From Trichoplax sp. H2 (taxonomy: Eukaryota): a stretch of DNA of 64,000 nucleotides. Made by a program: the position numbers and the translations under genes. Below the pieces are notes generated by a model. The model ran no database searches and was not told where the DNA came from. It was given only the letters and a program-made list of their open reading frames with translations. The DNA lies in contig NOWV01000259.1 in assembly GCA_003344405.1 (NCBI GenBank), positions 1 to 64,000 on the forward strand. Reading direction: 5' to 3'. Positions 1 to 13,208 of the stretch are shown piece by piece. Every line of letters starts with the position of its first letter. Positions within the stretch are counted from its first letter, which is position 1.

Positions 1-184
1 TATACGTAATGCTTATAAGTAACTACATATGAATGAATACCAGTTCTTGTATTAAATTATACAAGTAGTTTTAAAACATTTGGCCAAATTAAAGACAAAC
101 ATTCAGACAAATGCTAACTTTATTCACTCATTCATTGAATTTAGCCACATCACAATACATCAGCAGAAATTCGAAATACAAATT

Positions 185-611
185 TGTCACAAACCAGCTT
201 CGTGACAAGGATAACGTAAAACAAATCTCTAAATTACTATAGTCTCCGGGATTCAGTATCCCTACTCACAAGAATTTAGACGCCTTTGATTCTACGTTAA
301 AACAACTATACAATTGAGAACTGCTTTATTCAACTATCTGACGGGCTTATATACCCTTCTACAGCAGCTAACATTCACAAGTCATCTTATAAAAATACTT
401 AGGTGAGATAACTAGTTTTTCACAGTCGGACTACAATATGTCCATTCACAGAATCATTTCAGTGCACATTACAGCACAGCATTAAATTTACTGTAACACA
501 TTTATAATTAGAGTAATTCCTATAGTAAATAACTAGTTGTAATATAATATCACTATATTATATTAACCAAATTTAGATAGCTATTTCTTCACGGTAGTTC
601 GTACCGTAACA
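185..611 (-). mobile_element. Solo LTR, family A (427 bp), 5-bp TSD AAATT
   Basis: TGT...ACA termini; AAATT at 180-184 and 612-616; minus-strand TATATAA (~350) followed by AATAAA (~325); near-identical copy at 45597-46038. Confidence 0.88.
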
Positions 612-703
612 AAATTATAAAACAAAATCATTTTAAGTCCTAATACCGAAAATATTTTCTATAGCAAATTATGATGATATTATCAACCTAATTTATATAG
701 CCA

Positions 704-1255
704 TGTCACAACGTCGTTTGCGGCACAAGTAACTGATTTTATTCCTAGCGTAACCGCTCTACCGTAACCGCTCTACCGTAATATACCGTTTCTAATAAGC
801 TTCACTAAGTCGACCAGTTCAGTATAAGACCTTATTCAGCAATGAGTATATCCAGATAACTTCATAAATCCTCTTTATTCGAACGATAGAATATACTACT
901 AGGCAATGTAATATCAGAACTCCTTCTATGATTAAAGGCACGCTCTTATATACCTGTGCCAGTTTCTATCGGCATAATTCTATTTACAATATACTTGATT
1001 TTGTATAATATATATTTATGATAGTCAGTATAGAATAAATATCTGTAAATTAATATTAAGTGTTTACCACTCTTACTCCAATTAACAAATCAACTTGACT
1101 TGTTACTTAAAAACTCACTAATCAAGTGTGACAACCTTTTTCACACATTCATTAATGGAAATCCATTAACGACTTAACATATCACAACTCTACTTTAGAA
1201 AAAAATATGAATAAATATCTTCTTTTTTTATTTACGGTAATGATGAACCGTAACA
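704..1255 (-). mobile_element. Solo LTR, family B (552 bp), TSD AGCCA
   Basis: TGTCAC...CGTAACA ends; AGCCA at 699-703 and 1256-1260; minus-strand TATA (~947) and AATAAA (~875); internal 14-bp tandem CGTAACCGCTCTAC x2. Confidence 0.8.
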
Positions 1256-1295
1256 AGCCACAAAGAATTAAATACGAAAATTGTAAGAATCCAGC

Positions 1296-2420
1296 TGTTA
1301 CAGTGTTATACTCAGCAACATCAAGATTATAGTTGAAACATCTATGTTAGGATGATTTTGTTGATTTATCCTTATATAAAGAGTTTCTAATTTAGATATG
1401 TGATATTTAAATATAGTACTAGCTTTTATGGCGATATATACAACCTACTGAAATTAGTAGTTTATTTAGGGAATCTAGAGTAATCTACTTACAATTCAAA
1501 TCACTGTGATTGTAATTTACTTATGGTAGATTGTAGATTATCGTAGAAATGTTCCGGGATAGGACATATTATAATCTGACAATTTTATATTAGTCATTCG
1601 ACGTCTATGTTCGTAAATACTGCTGTCTCTTCATTAGGTAGAAATAGATAAAATTAGCTTTTGATTCATTGTCAGGCTTCAACTATAATATTACTAACTA
1701 GGATGTCTTTGCTATTGTAAAAGAGTACATGAATGCGATTAATCGTTGTCACAAAACAGCTTTGCGACAAAATATCGTAATGTACGATCATTAAGTCAAT
1801 TCCTTGAACAACGTATCAAGGAACGATATCTGCACTATCAGAAACACTTTGGAATCATTCACTGAATTAGATATTAATTTTAGCTACTGCTCCCTTAATG
1901 CAAACAACAGTATTTACGAACATAGACATCTGATGACTAATGCAAAATAGTCAGATTACGATATTTCCTATCACGGAACATTTTCAAGATAATTTACAAT
2001 CTACTATAAGTAAGTTACAATCACAATGATTCGAACTGTAAGTAGATGATTTGAATTCCCTATTGTAACTATTAATTTCAGCATGTGTATATGTGTCACT
2101 GTCATAAAAAGTCAGTGCTATATTAAAACACAGTATATCCAAATTAGAAGTTAACTAAATAAGAATAGGCTAACAGAATTATCCTAACATAGATATTTCT
2201 ACTCTAATACAGTATATAACACTGTTACAATCGTATAATAAAATTAGTTCTTATGATAAGTGTTTAACGTAAGATACGAGGCGTCTGAGTCTTTTTGTAG
2301 TCTGCTAGTATAGGAAAAGTGTTCCTGAAAGAGTAGATACTGCTCCCTGATTCGTGGTTCAGGGAATCAACTGTTTGATGGTGCATTACGTTATCTTGTT
2401 ACTAAGCTGTTTTTGTAACA
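1296..2420 (+). mobile_element. Solo LTR, family D (outer), TSD CCAGC, interrupted by a nested LTR
   Basis: TGTTACAGTG...TGTAACA ends; CCAGC at 1291-1295 and 2421-2425; 1296-1746 plus 2235-2420 is colinear with 27930-28542. Confidence 0.88.
1747..2229 (-). mobile_element. Nested solo LTR, family D (internally deleted), inverted, TSD ATCGT
   Basis: ATCGT at 1742-1746 and 2230-2234; reverse complement matches 15776-16447 except that the TATA/polyA segment is deleted. Confidence 0.87.
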
Positions 2421-5400
2421 CCAGCTAACATTAATGGTACTGTACTACGCTAAAATTACTTTCAATTGCAATGTTGTGAATATTTCAATAAATTATGCAC
2501 ATAGAGTAAGACAGTTGTTATCGATATTAAGGACTTATACGAATGCTAAAAATTAAGTACGTGTATATCGAAAAGTAAATGTTTTCTCACAGTTTTATCA
2601 TGTTACTGATTTATGAAGCTAGCCCATCTTAGAGTAAATTAAATAACAAATTAATTATCATTAGCATTTTTTATTTAAATAAATATAAAGACCATCTATA
2701 CCTTCAAAGATGAACTTAAGGCTTTATTACTATTTATCTACTTAATACTCGTATGTTTATGTCCATCAAATACAGCAAACGGCTATTTTTAATTGAAATC
2801 GTAACTGGTGGCAGATAATAATGTGTAATGCTTCTGTTGTATTTAATTATCAATGAATTACATTCAGTGAATTAAACTTAACTTAAACAGCGCTGGCAAC
2901 CTTTAATATAATTCACAACTTTTTATTATTGCCTTATAACTCAAACAATAATATTATTGTCGTCTTTCAAAGGTAGGAAATTAGGGGGGAAACACAAAGT
3001 TATTTAGAATTTAGCAAACACTTATAAAATCAATTTAAAATTACAATAAGAGCAGAATTACTGCTTCAACCAATCAAACTAGCATCGCAAAATAAGATTT
3101 ACTCACATTTTTAGCAAAATCCTAATCTTCACTTTTTATCTTGATCTAAGACTTGAACTACTAATCTACTGAACTATGCCACCTTTTATTTTCTACGCAG
3201 AGCTATTAGTGCTATCAGACCATCAAATCGCTATTCTAAAGTTTTCTAAATGAAACTAGCAATTAAACACATATGATCAGATAAATTGTACCTTAGATTC
3301 CCAACATTACTAAATCTAAAAATGGTACTTTTCTACATTATATAATATATAACTAAAAAAGACTAAGACAGACTAACAATCTTAAATTAGGACCCAGATT
3401 GAAACGATTGGGTTTACCCTGTATTCAATAGCGAAGTAATATTATTTCTATTGTATTTTGTAATCAAAGTTGGCTACAAGTTTTTATCATAACTAAAGTA
3501 TGAGTATTATACTGGTTAAAAATATCAGATAAATTACAATCTAACATCGTGATATTCTTATCGAAATTATACTACAGAATATTCTTAAGTTCTAACCCGA
3601 ATAAAGGAGTTGCGTTTACAATATGCTACGATACTATGTTAAACCTCCTATAGTTAAACCAAATTAAGTTATTTTCAAAGCTACAATACTTATTAAATTA
3701 GCAATAAATCTTGAAGAAGAATTCTAAAAATTAGGCTTCATAACATAAGTATAAAGTCAATGATAGCAAATTAATGTTGGGAAATATTTATTATACCACA
3801 GAATGATTATTTATAATTCACATTTACGAACCATTACTATATACGTACACCGATGAGATTAATGCGTTCTTATAAGCACATTCATGCTGAAAGGAACTCA
3901 AATTGATATTGTTGATAACTATCAACGACAATAAATCCGTTATTATCCATTCACTAATCTAAAATCATACGAAATGGAGATAAATATGATAGCATTTAAC
4001 TGCGTACAATTTCAAAAATAAATAAATATTACATATCGATCAACAATATCTTCTAATTAAATAATTTAAAATCAACGATAGCTTTGTTAGCATAGCTTAT
4101 TTCCTGACAGATGGTCAGCTTGGGTCAGCCACTAAAATTTATGTTTTTAATTCGTGAATCCAGTTAAGTAAATTTCTTCTTCAAACTAGTACCATTAGCA
4201 ATACTAGATCTCAGTGTAATAGAAAATCGTATATATGTATACATAACGCCTATTATTATATTAACTAATCATAAGAGAAGCTCATAGAATTAATAAGATT
4301 TTATTAGGCCATAACTGTAAAACTAAATAGGCGGTCATTGTCCTATATCAGTTGTTATTTACCCGTATGATGTTAGAGTGCTTCGAGTGCGATATGGAAA
4401 TTACATTTGCTATATTTGTTATTGATTAAAAAGTGATCAGATAGTTGAATTTGTACCAAGATACTTATTTGATTAGATTATTTACTAATCAACAAGATAG
4501 GCAAGAAATAATGTTGCTGATGATAATTCCAATGGCAAAGGACATTTAAGAGCTTAAAGTGTTGATGTATGAGTTAATCTCTATACAAACAAGTGCAGCT
4601 AGAGCTATGAAAAAATCTTTGCCTTACAGTTTTTAACTTTCAGGCTATATAAAGTTATAAGTATTCAAGAAAGTTCATTAGACTAATATACTTGGACTCA
4701 TATAAACTTGTTAGTATTGATTTATAACAAAACAGCAGCATCCATTTGCTATATGCATCTTACATATACAAGGAAGTTGTCTAACGAAGTGGTGATAGGT
4801 AAGCTTTATTACTAGCAGTAGCTAGAACTAGGTAATATTTATTACATATTTACCTAGCTTCTGCATATTCTAAGTGTTTTAGAATCGAATCTAATTATTC
4901 TTTAATATGTACGAGTTCGTTTGAACGTTTTGTAATTCATGAGTTTATCCAGCAATATTCTTCCAAAATTATGATTATTTTATGTGCTATGTTTGCGATA
5001 TTTGATAGTAAGCAAAAGTGATAGAACGATTATTAGCTGTTCAATACTCTCAGATATCTTTCTTTCTCAGTAATCTGACGAAACTTAATCCATCAGACCG
5101 CGACACTGTTCAGTATAACGTAAAATTTGGTCAGACGTTGCAAGGATGTTCCAGAATCAATAACACATATTGCTACTTCTACGTAAATCTCGTAGCAAAA
5201 AATATTATAAATGCAATGCAGCATTATAAGCCTATATTATTTACTTTTTTTGTAGGAAGTCAGGTATCTTCAAATTGCAATTATTTACCTATTTTATTGC
5301 ACATCACTTGTAGAGCCAAAATACGTAGGGGATGATCATGATATCTTGCATACATTTCATTAAGCTTTCAAAATACGTGATATGGCCCATCGTAGAATTA

Positions 5401-8047
5401 GTAGCAAAGATTCTGCGACAAACACCCACATATTAATTGTGAATTATTTTTGTAGTGTAATTGATAGTTAAGCAATACGTAATATCTTATTAATTAATAT
5501 AATTTTACTTCTGTTTATACAGCCATGACCTCTATTTGTCTCTAATTCAGAATTATTAGAATTAGTTAAGAATATACAGTTAACATTTATGTTTGTCATA
5601 TATGATCAATAGTAAAAATAATTGTTAAAAGTAATGCAATATTTATTAAATTATCAATATTTACGAGCCAATTTCGTATAAATGAAGCAAAAACTTGAAG
5701 ATACAGAGATCATAATGCATAATGATAAATATGATTTGTATTCAAGTATAGTTAATTAGAAATTAGATAATGAAATTTATTATTGCATTCATAACACTAT
5801 CGACATAAATACCCGATTTATAAAGATATATGTATAAGTACAATTAAACTATTAATGTCGAAAGAATTATCCATTCTTTATCATGTTAGATATAATACAT
5901 ATTTAATACCTAAAACTTGGCAATTTAACTAGGATGAAACAATCAAAAATTACTTGCTTTTCATAATTTCATTTAATTTGTCTATTTTATATAATGGATA
6001 TAAAGATTAAACAGTCGTTGCAGTTATTTTTCATTAAATTTTCTACATTCTGCTTCGATAGTTTGAAAATAAAAATTAAGCAATAATCCGATCAATTATA
6101 GAACATTTTTCTATTTTTTAATACCTCTACATGTAGAAGCAATTCAATATTAGGCAAAACAATCTTACATCGATTATACTACATTTTTACCTCCTAAGAT
6201 AAAAGCTATCTATACTGTATACAAAAACTGCACCAAACACGAACAATCCTAGCCGTAACCTAACTATTACCGATACTATACGTTAAATAAATGATGCAAA
6301 ATCTTAATATTGTACATTATCTGTATCCATAATGTTGATAGTTGACTACTTACCACAGCCAAATATACTATGCTTAAGATAATTATACTTTACTACTTCA
6401 AATTGCAATGATTGTTTTATCCAACTAGAGGAAGTACCGTAATAGTTTATGATATAATATGATGTGTTCTTTAATTATAATAAAAGTTATCAAAGAAAAG
6501 GCAGCCATAACCTGTTTTATGAATCCAAGTGCTTACTTTATTACAATGTATAACAGCACCTCTTGCTAAGTAGATGATATTAAAATCGTCGTAAAGATGT
6601 GTAATTGATAAAGGATAACAAACGGACTTTTAAAATTGATCGAAAAGTATGTCCTATAAGTAATTTGGTAAAAAAATACAGTTAAAGTACAACAGCTTGT
6701 TAATTTCAAGAAAGTTGTTATTACAAAGCTGCAATTATTAGCATTGTGATATGTTATGCTAAAATTGAAAGCAATTTAAGACGATGTTATTTTAACATAC
6801 ATAAAACTAACTAGATTAAACTATCAGGCTTTAATCAGATACATGAATGTTTCGTTTGCAGATTGCATGCTAGTCATCGAAGATTTTAGTCCCATAAAGG
6901 TAAGTCTTTCTGAATATGACCTGATAGCGGCTATTAGCAATACCTGCTACCCAATTTAATTTAAGTATAGTAATTTGGATATCGTTTACTGTTTTAGTAA
7001 TATTTTGCAATCAGAATGCAAGGCTAAATAAATTCGACTAGTCACAAGAACGCCGAAGTATTGTTAAAAATTGAGGTAAATAACAAAATAATCAATTGAT
7101 GTTATAATTAAATTTGCAAGACAATGCCTAATATCGATAAGTTTACATTACTTTGCTAATAAATCATGCTAATACGGTAGTATCGAAACATCGCCTACCT
7201 TTGCATAAAAAAAATTCTATTAGATACAATAGCCGCATAAAAAAATATAGAATATTTTAGTTGTAAATTATTGTTACTGATATTAGTTAGAGTATTATTA
7301 ATATAATATAATATATAGATCAAATTTTAAGAATTCGCTTAAAGATTGAATTGAGATTCTTTAATTCTACATTTTAGTAATTTTTTGCGAATCTATCAGA
7401 ATACTATTTTTTTAGTCTCTAATTTATCCGTTACTTACTAATCAACTAATGCAATACCAGTAGTTTGCATTATTTCTAATTGTTATTCTTTACTAGTCAT
7501 CCGCACTTATTTATAAGAGAAGCTATAATTTAACATGTTAACAGTTACCGTAGTAGATACATTAGGGTCATTGAATACGTAGCATTCGTTCATCTCATAT
7601 TGTTTCATCAAATTGCTTGCGTAAATTAGCTGACCGGAAGGATGTTAAAAATTTTCGAAAGGCCATTATTAGTACCTTTGAAAGATAATCAGCAAACAAA
7701 GGTCATATATTGTCTATCTGAGTAATTTAAAATTCTGACTACAATAAAGGCAATCTATCGCTAAAGTATAAACGTAGGAATTGTGATCTAGATGAGTCAT
7801 ACACAGGACAAAATTTTGCAATCCACAAAGATCTAACACTCTACTGCTGTCTGAAACCCTAACTAATAAACTGGTATAGCTTTCACCGACGGTTGTGTTT
7901 AATCTATGTAACTTAATAATATAACTTTATCTAATTTACCAACCAGATTAGTATCTAGTTTAAAAGATTAAAATTGTATAATATGGTTTGAGCCTTTTAT
8001 CATTGAGAACAGTAATTATATACAGAATTTGATATTGATTATTAGCG

Positions 8048-9085
8048 ATGACTCAAGCGAATCAATCGCTTGCTAATTTTTTTTCGGTGCTTTATGCTTC
8101 TGCAGCTATTGCCGTTGTTCCTTTATCGGTTATAGGTTTGCTAGCTAATTTATTTGTACTTTATATCTTTATCACGGAGAAATTTTTTCGTAAAGTAACC
8201 TATCAGTTGATATTAATATCAGCCACGACGGATACAATCTCATCGATAACCTACATCTGTGTCTATAGTCAAATTGCTGCCAAATCGTTGAATTTAACCT
8301 CTGGTACAATCATGTGCAAATGCTTATTCTTCATTACTATGACATCTTATGCGATATCAATTATGAACTTAAGCTTGATCGCCTTAGATCGTTATTTTGC
8401 TATTGTAAAACCGTGGGCCAGATTTTATCGTTTGCATCGGAATCAATTTGTGATGATATGTGAAGTTATCATTTGGATTATGGCAATTATAATCAATTTT
8501 CCGTTACTTATCATTGGTAAAGCTTCCCTTCAAGGAACAGTTATGTGTGATATAACGGAAGTATCGACTCTGCAGTCTGTCTACTTTATTGCTTTTGCCG
8601 TACTTTTGTACATCTTACCGTCATTTGCCATTAGCATCATTTACTGGCGAATTATAGTCCATCAAAAAAATTATGTTCACCCTGGCCATGCACTACAAAA
8701 TCAACTTAAGGAGATGCAAATGCGTAAAAAGAAATTTATTACTGCCTTAATAAGTATTACAACAAGTTATATCTTGACCACTTGGCCATTTTTTGCTACT
8801 GCAATAGGAGTTGCTGTAACTCAAAAGACAATATTACAAATTCGTGAGAGTAGTTCAGCTGCCTTCTTATTGGCTTTCTTTTCCTATCCAGCAACAACAA
8901 GTATTACAATCTGGAATCCATTTATTTACTTGAAATTCGATTACAATGTTCGAGCAAGCGCAAAAGCTATCTGCCAGCGAGTAGGCATGATATCAGAGCA
9001 AAGAGTTCTAAGAATGATGGTTATTGAGGATAAGGAGCATCAGAAACTAAGTCGTAATACATCAATGGAATTTATCCGTGCATAA
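8048..9085 (+). CDS. Intronless rhodopsin-like (class A) GPCR, paralog 1, 345 aa
   Basis: Seven hydrophobic segments; TM1 G..AN, TM3 Cys and DRY, ECL2 Cys, TM6 TWP, TM7 NPFIY. Confidence 0.93.
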   Translation: MTQANQSLANFFSVLYASAAIAVVPLSVIGLLANLFVLYIFITEKFFRKVTYQLILISATTDTISSITYICVYSQIAAKSLNLTSGTIMCKCLFFITMTSYAISIMNLSLIALDRYFAIVKPWARFYRLHRNQFVMICEVIIWIMAIIINFPLLIIGKASLQGTVMCDITEVSTLQSVYFIAFAVLLYILPSFAISIIYWRIIVHQKNYVHPGHALQNQLKEMQMRKKKFITALISITTSYILTTWPFFATAIGVAVTQKTILQIRESSSAAFLLAFFSYPATTSITIWNPFIYLKFDYNVRASAKAICQRVGMISEQRVLRMMVIEDKEHQKLSRNTSMEFIRA

Positions 9086-10524
9086 AATACTAATCGCTTT
9101 TGCAATGAAATAATATAGGATTAAAATTTCACAACATGTTAAAAATTTGAATATTTTTGATTGTAATATATGTTACGGTTCATAGAGCTGTCTTGCCTGT
9201 CACGAAATTACAGACCATAGATAATTGTAATGAATGTCTATAGAAATTTATCGGTTTATACTGGCTGAATCTTTATAATTATGTACTTCAATCATCCTTT
9301 TACTATTTTTACTTGTTTACTACCAAGATGGTTAAATATTTAGAAAGTATGATGTGTTTAATAGTATTCAATAACAATATCAAAAGGCCTAAATCTATTT
9401 TTTTAGATTAAATATTAATAGTTTTCAATCTACTAGACGATCGAAAGGTCATATTGAAAGTAAAATATTTAACAAGCTGCTAGTTTAACTTCTAAGCGCA
9501 TAAAAGTCATATTTGAAGCTGAAGCCCTGTATCTGATGTTACGTAAACCTTTGCAGTTTGTGTTTTATAATTCATTCCACAATTTAATGCACATTTTATA
9601 ATTTTATAACTTATTAGAAAAGTTAAGATTTTACACTACTCTATCACGCTAATAAATTTAATTTGGCATTAAAGCCGTAGTGGTCATGGATTTGCATTTT
9701 ATTACGTATAACATATATTAGTGCTGATGTTGGTATCATAGCCATGCACTCTACATAAATGAAAGAGGTTATGTTTGGCTTGCGATAAAAACCGGATATC
9801 TTGCAACATAAAATACAAATCTAGGTATGTAAAGCTGCAGATTAAATCTATCTACGGTTTTAATAGACACTATTATTAGCTTGTTAATAAAGAAACGCAT
9901 TTACAGCTTTAAAAAAATAGCGTAATTTTTCTAGGTATGTAAGAACATGATAAATCGATCGCAAAATTTCGAAGCTTGTAGAAAATTAGAATCATAATAA
10001 ATTTCAATACAAATATATCCCATATATAGTTCTACTCTAGCCTAATGTACGTCAAGAAGGCTTTTAGAAAGAATAATTGATTAATTTGCAGTTGCCTGCT
10101 TATAAATTTTCATACCGTTTGTAGCTGTAATCGGCAGAACAATATTCTACAATGTCTTACAATGACCTAGGTTAAGCAATAATTTGCATTATACATATTC
10201 TACGACGGATGATTTACAATTTATTGCGGCAGTAGCTACACTACTTATACCGATATATTTTCCAATTAGCCACCGTGTGATGAAGTATCCATATTCTAAC
10301 ATACGAAGTACGTATCAATCTTTTCCCTCTAGCATTAATTGTTACTCAACACTTTAATCTACATAGTCATCTGTATTCTAACATTGAATTTTTATTTGTA
10401 GTATATATTATGAGTAACTAAATATGGCTTACGCTATATCGAGTAAGCCAAGCTACTATACATCCTACCAATAATCTGCTATCCAATGCTAAGTTATGTT
10501 ACTGTAAAGCTTGGATTTTATAAC

Positions 10525-10760
10525 CCCTTAGGTTCGCAATCGTTTAACTCAAAGTTTGAATTATTAAAATTGAGCAAATCTCTAACATGACACAAGATCA
10601 GGTAAACGCCGTGTTTAACCTAAAAAGTATTCGTTTATTAATGGAACGCTTAATAAGAGAAGGATACACTTTTCTTCCCTCATAATAACAGTTGAAAGTA
10701 ACTAAGATAAACCAGATAAGGTGCGACTTAGTCTTCATGATAACAATTCCATATTACCGA
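10525..10760. repeat. Unclassified dispersed repeat (second copy at ~27860-27929 plus 28548-28720)
   Basis: Colinear similarity, e.g. TAGGTTCG.AATC...AACTCAAA...TTATTAAAAT.GAGCAAATC and TCATAATAACAGT.GAAA...CTAAGA.AAACC.GATAA. Confidence 0.65.
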
Positions 10761-10828
10761 ACAGTTACATTAAAATATTACACAAAAATATCTCCTAATA
10801 TAGCTATCTACAGCGACCTCATACGCTC

Positions 10829-11447
10829 TGTTGCGAGCTAGGAATAGCCCTAATTTGCAACGAGGATTGAGAGGGTGATATCTATACTTTACTACTGTTA
10901 TTTGGAATACCAGACAATTGTTATTCCAAAGCAGATAGGATTTAACACAGGGAGACCTTCAAGACTTACTAGAAAATCACAATCTAATTTATTGTTGGTG
11001 GACTTGCCGTTTATGTAGGTTCCTACCTAAAGCCGGTTTAGCTACACAAGTCACCTCGTCTATCAGAAATTAGCCTAATTAATACCCTACAGAGATTCTA
11101 TCTGTACAGATTAGATACAGCCTAATCCTATTAAATTTACGGTAACGGTATTAAAACAATCAATGCTTATTAATAGTTTAACAGATACATATATAGCTAT
11201 CCTACTAAGACATTTCCTTGAACTAAGGAATTTTACTATGAAGCGTAACAACCTTCGAGGCGATAGATATAATCCAGTTTAGCAGTTGGCAATTGCTGTT
11301 TTAGTTTATGTAATTCTAAGTTAAGGATATCAACCGTTATACATTAAAATTACAATTAAGGAGACCGTAAAACATTTCTGAGGTACAAATATATAAAGAA
11401 TGTAACATAGAAATAATGTATATGTCACGAAGATTGCTTTCGTGACA
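10829..11447. mobile_element. Solo LTR, family H (619 bp), TSD CGCTC/CGCAC
   Basis: TGTTGCG...CGTGACA ends; terminal hairpin TGTCACGAA-N7-TTCGTGACA; second copy at 36753-37186. Confidence 0.82.
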
Positions 11448-11749
11448 CGCACATAATATGAATAGTATAAGTCAACCTTTTCATCATCAGTAATCATGAT
11501 TTTACCTTATAAGCATAGTAGACTATTCATTTTCTTAATGCAACCGTACTTCAATTACTACTGTAATTAGCTGAAACTAGTAGAGTTACGAAGATCTATC
11601 GTTAATCGATCACTGAAAAAACTAACTTATTGTCATAATTTACGAAAACATATCGCCAACAATGTGATCTACGGAAAGATTTCTGAAGCCGATTTTAGCT
11701 AAACTAAGTGTCGCGATATTATAATTGTCGTGACGCAAAAATAAAATCA

Positions 11750-11945
11750 GATTATGTTAAAGTATAGTGATAGTATATATTTTGTGTTAAGATATTGTGA
11801 TAACTACTATTTGCATTAAAATATATTGAAAATAGATATCTTGTTAACGATATTGTGATAATTGATATCTGGTATTAAAGTACAGTGATTGTGGATTTCT
11901 TGTGTTTGGATATTGCGATAATTCATATTTAGCTTTAAAGTTTAG
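11750..11945. repeat. Degenerate ~29-bp tandem repeat (TTAA.GATATTGTGATAAT..AT motif)
   Basis: Recurrent GATATTGTGATAA / GATATTGCGATAA / TATAGTGATAG units; preceded by a TGTCGCGA...TCGTGAC hairpin at 11709, so possibly part of an old LTR. Confidence 0.5.
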
Positions 11946-12497
11946 TAAAAATGGGCATTTTGTCTTAAGGTATTATTAAAATTGATGTTGTGGATATGTA
12001 ATCTATTTGTAAATTTCAGAAAGTATATAATGATACTGTAAAATAAATGGACAAAAAGTAAGAAATTTCTTAATTTATCTACATAACTTGCATTACTACA
12101 TTTTTGTAGACTATGCTGCGGTAGAGAATGGGGGATTAGGGAGCTATCTACAAAGTACATTAAAGTTATTTGAGTAGAAGCACCTAGCCTTGCGGTTGCT
12201 GATAGTATATATACAGTGGCCATAAGACATAAGTAGAAGAACAGTGTAAGTTTACATAGTTAAAGATTTCTTGTATTGCCATGGTGCTTGTGATATGCAG
12301 CGATACAAAATAGAGAATATTACATATTATTAAAAGCGCTATCAGCTACCTTATAATTTATGTGAGTCATTTTTGCTACAATTTAATCAGTTTCATTGCA
12401 TAATATATTAGTTTTTAGATAACATCTACTTTTTGCTACTCCCCAAGTATTAAAAGGTCAATTGTGATATATTACTGGTTTTAAACTCGTGACCGAA

Positions 12498-13047
12498 TGT
12501 AATGTAACTTAGTATTGTGATTGTAGACTGTTAGCCATGTGTAGTATAATGTACGGTAGATATTTATCCTAAGAGATATTTGGTAGCTGTAACTATAGAC
12601 TGTAGTGGTAGAGACTCTATGCTAGAGTACAGATGACTATATACAGTAAGCTGTTGAGTTACTAATATGGCTATAGGTAAAAATAGAACTGTAAATCATA
12701 TATTAGGATATGGTTAATTCATTGTACTTTGGCTGGTGTGAATAATGTCTACGTAAGTACTGTAGTCGTATCCATATTGGATTAGTGATGGTCCGCAGTA
12801 GAATAGTCTTACTAAGAATAATTTAACTATGTGTAAAATAAGGTATAAGGTTGCCATGCGGATTGTAGCTGCGAATGCTACGGAAAGTATAAAAGCATGC
12901 AACTTTAGATTATTCTGTTAGTTCGTTCTAGAAGTCTTTAGAAGTAGTATTCGGTTAGAGTAGAGCTGTGTAGTTAATCTTTGTATAAGATTCAATAAAG
13001 CCCTTATTTTTCTAAAATTTGGAATTTCGTGATTGGTATATATCACA
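12498..13047 (+). mobile_element. Solo LTR, family I (550 bp), TSD CCGAA/CCAAA
   Basis: TGTAATG...ATCACA ends; TATAAAA ~12888, AATAAA ~12994; precisely absent from the duplicate copy (single CCAAA at 13629-13633). Confidence 0.9.
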
Positions 13048-13188
13048 CCAAATTACTGATGAAAAATTTACCGATCAAATCGGCTGCGCTGACTTAAAAA
13101 CGATATAGAACCGTACAAGCGATTATACGGAATGACGTTATTTTAGCAGCACCGCTTTCGGTAAAGTTAATCAGTAAATTACATAAAA

Positions 13189-13208
13189 NNNNNNNNNNNN
13201 NNNNNNNN
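13189..13208. other. Assembly gap (20 N)
   Basis: Run of N. Confidence 0.98.

Noticed and set aside
5018..5335. 105-aa ORF and other short ORFs (e.g. 15341, 17480/17501, 20896, 21824, 24304, 25254, 28734, 38689, 45262, 56087)
   Set aside because: Often non-ATG starts, no recognisable motifs, and composition expected of random AT-rich DNA.
9171..9210. TGTTACGGTTCAT, identical to the family B LTR start
   Set aside because: Only 13 bp match; no far end or TSD found.
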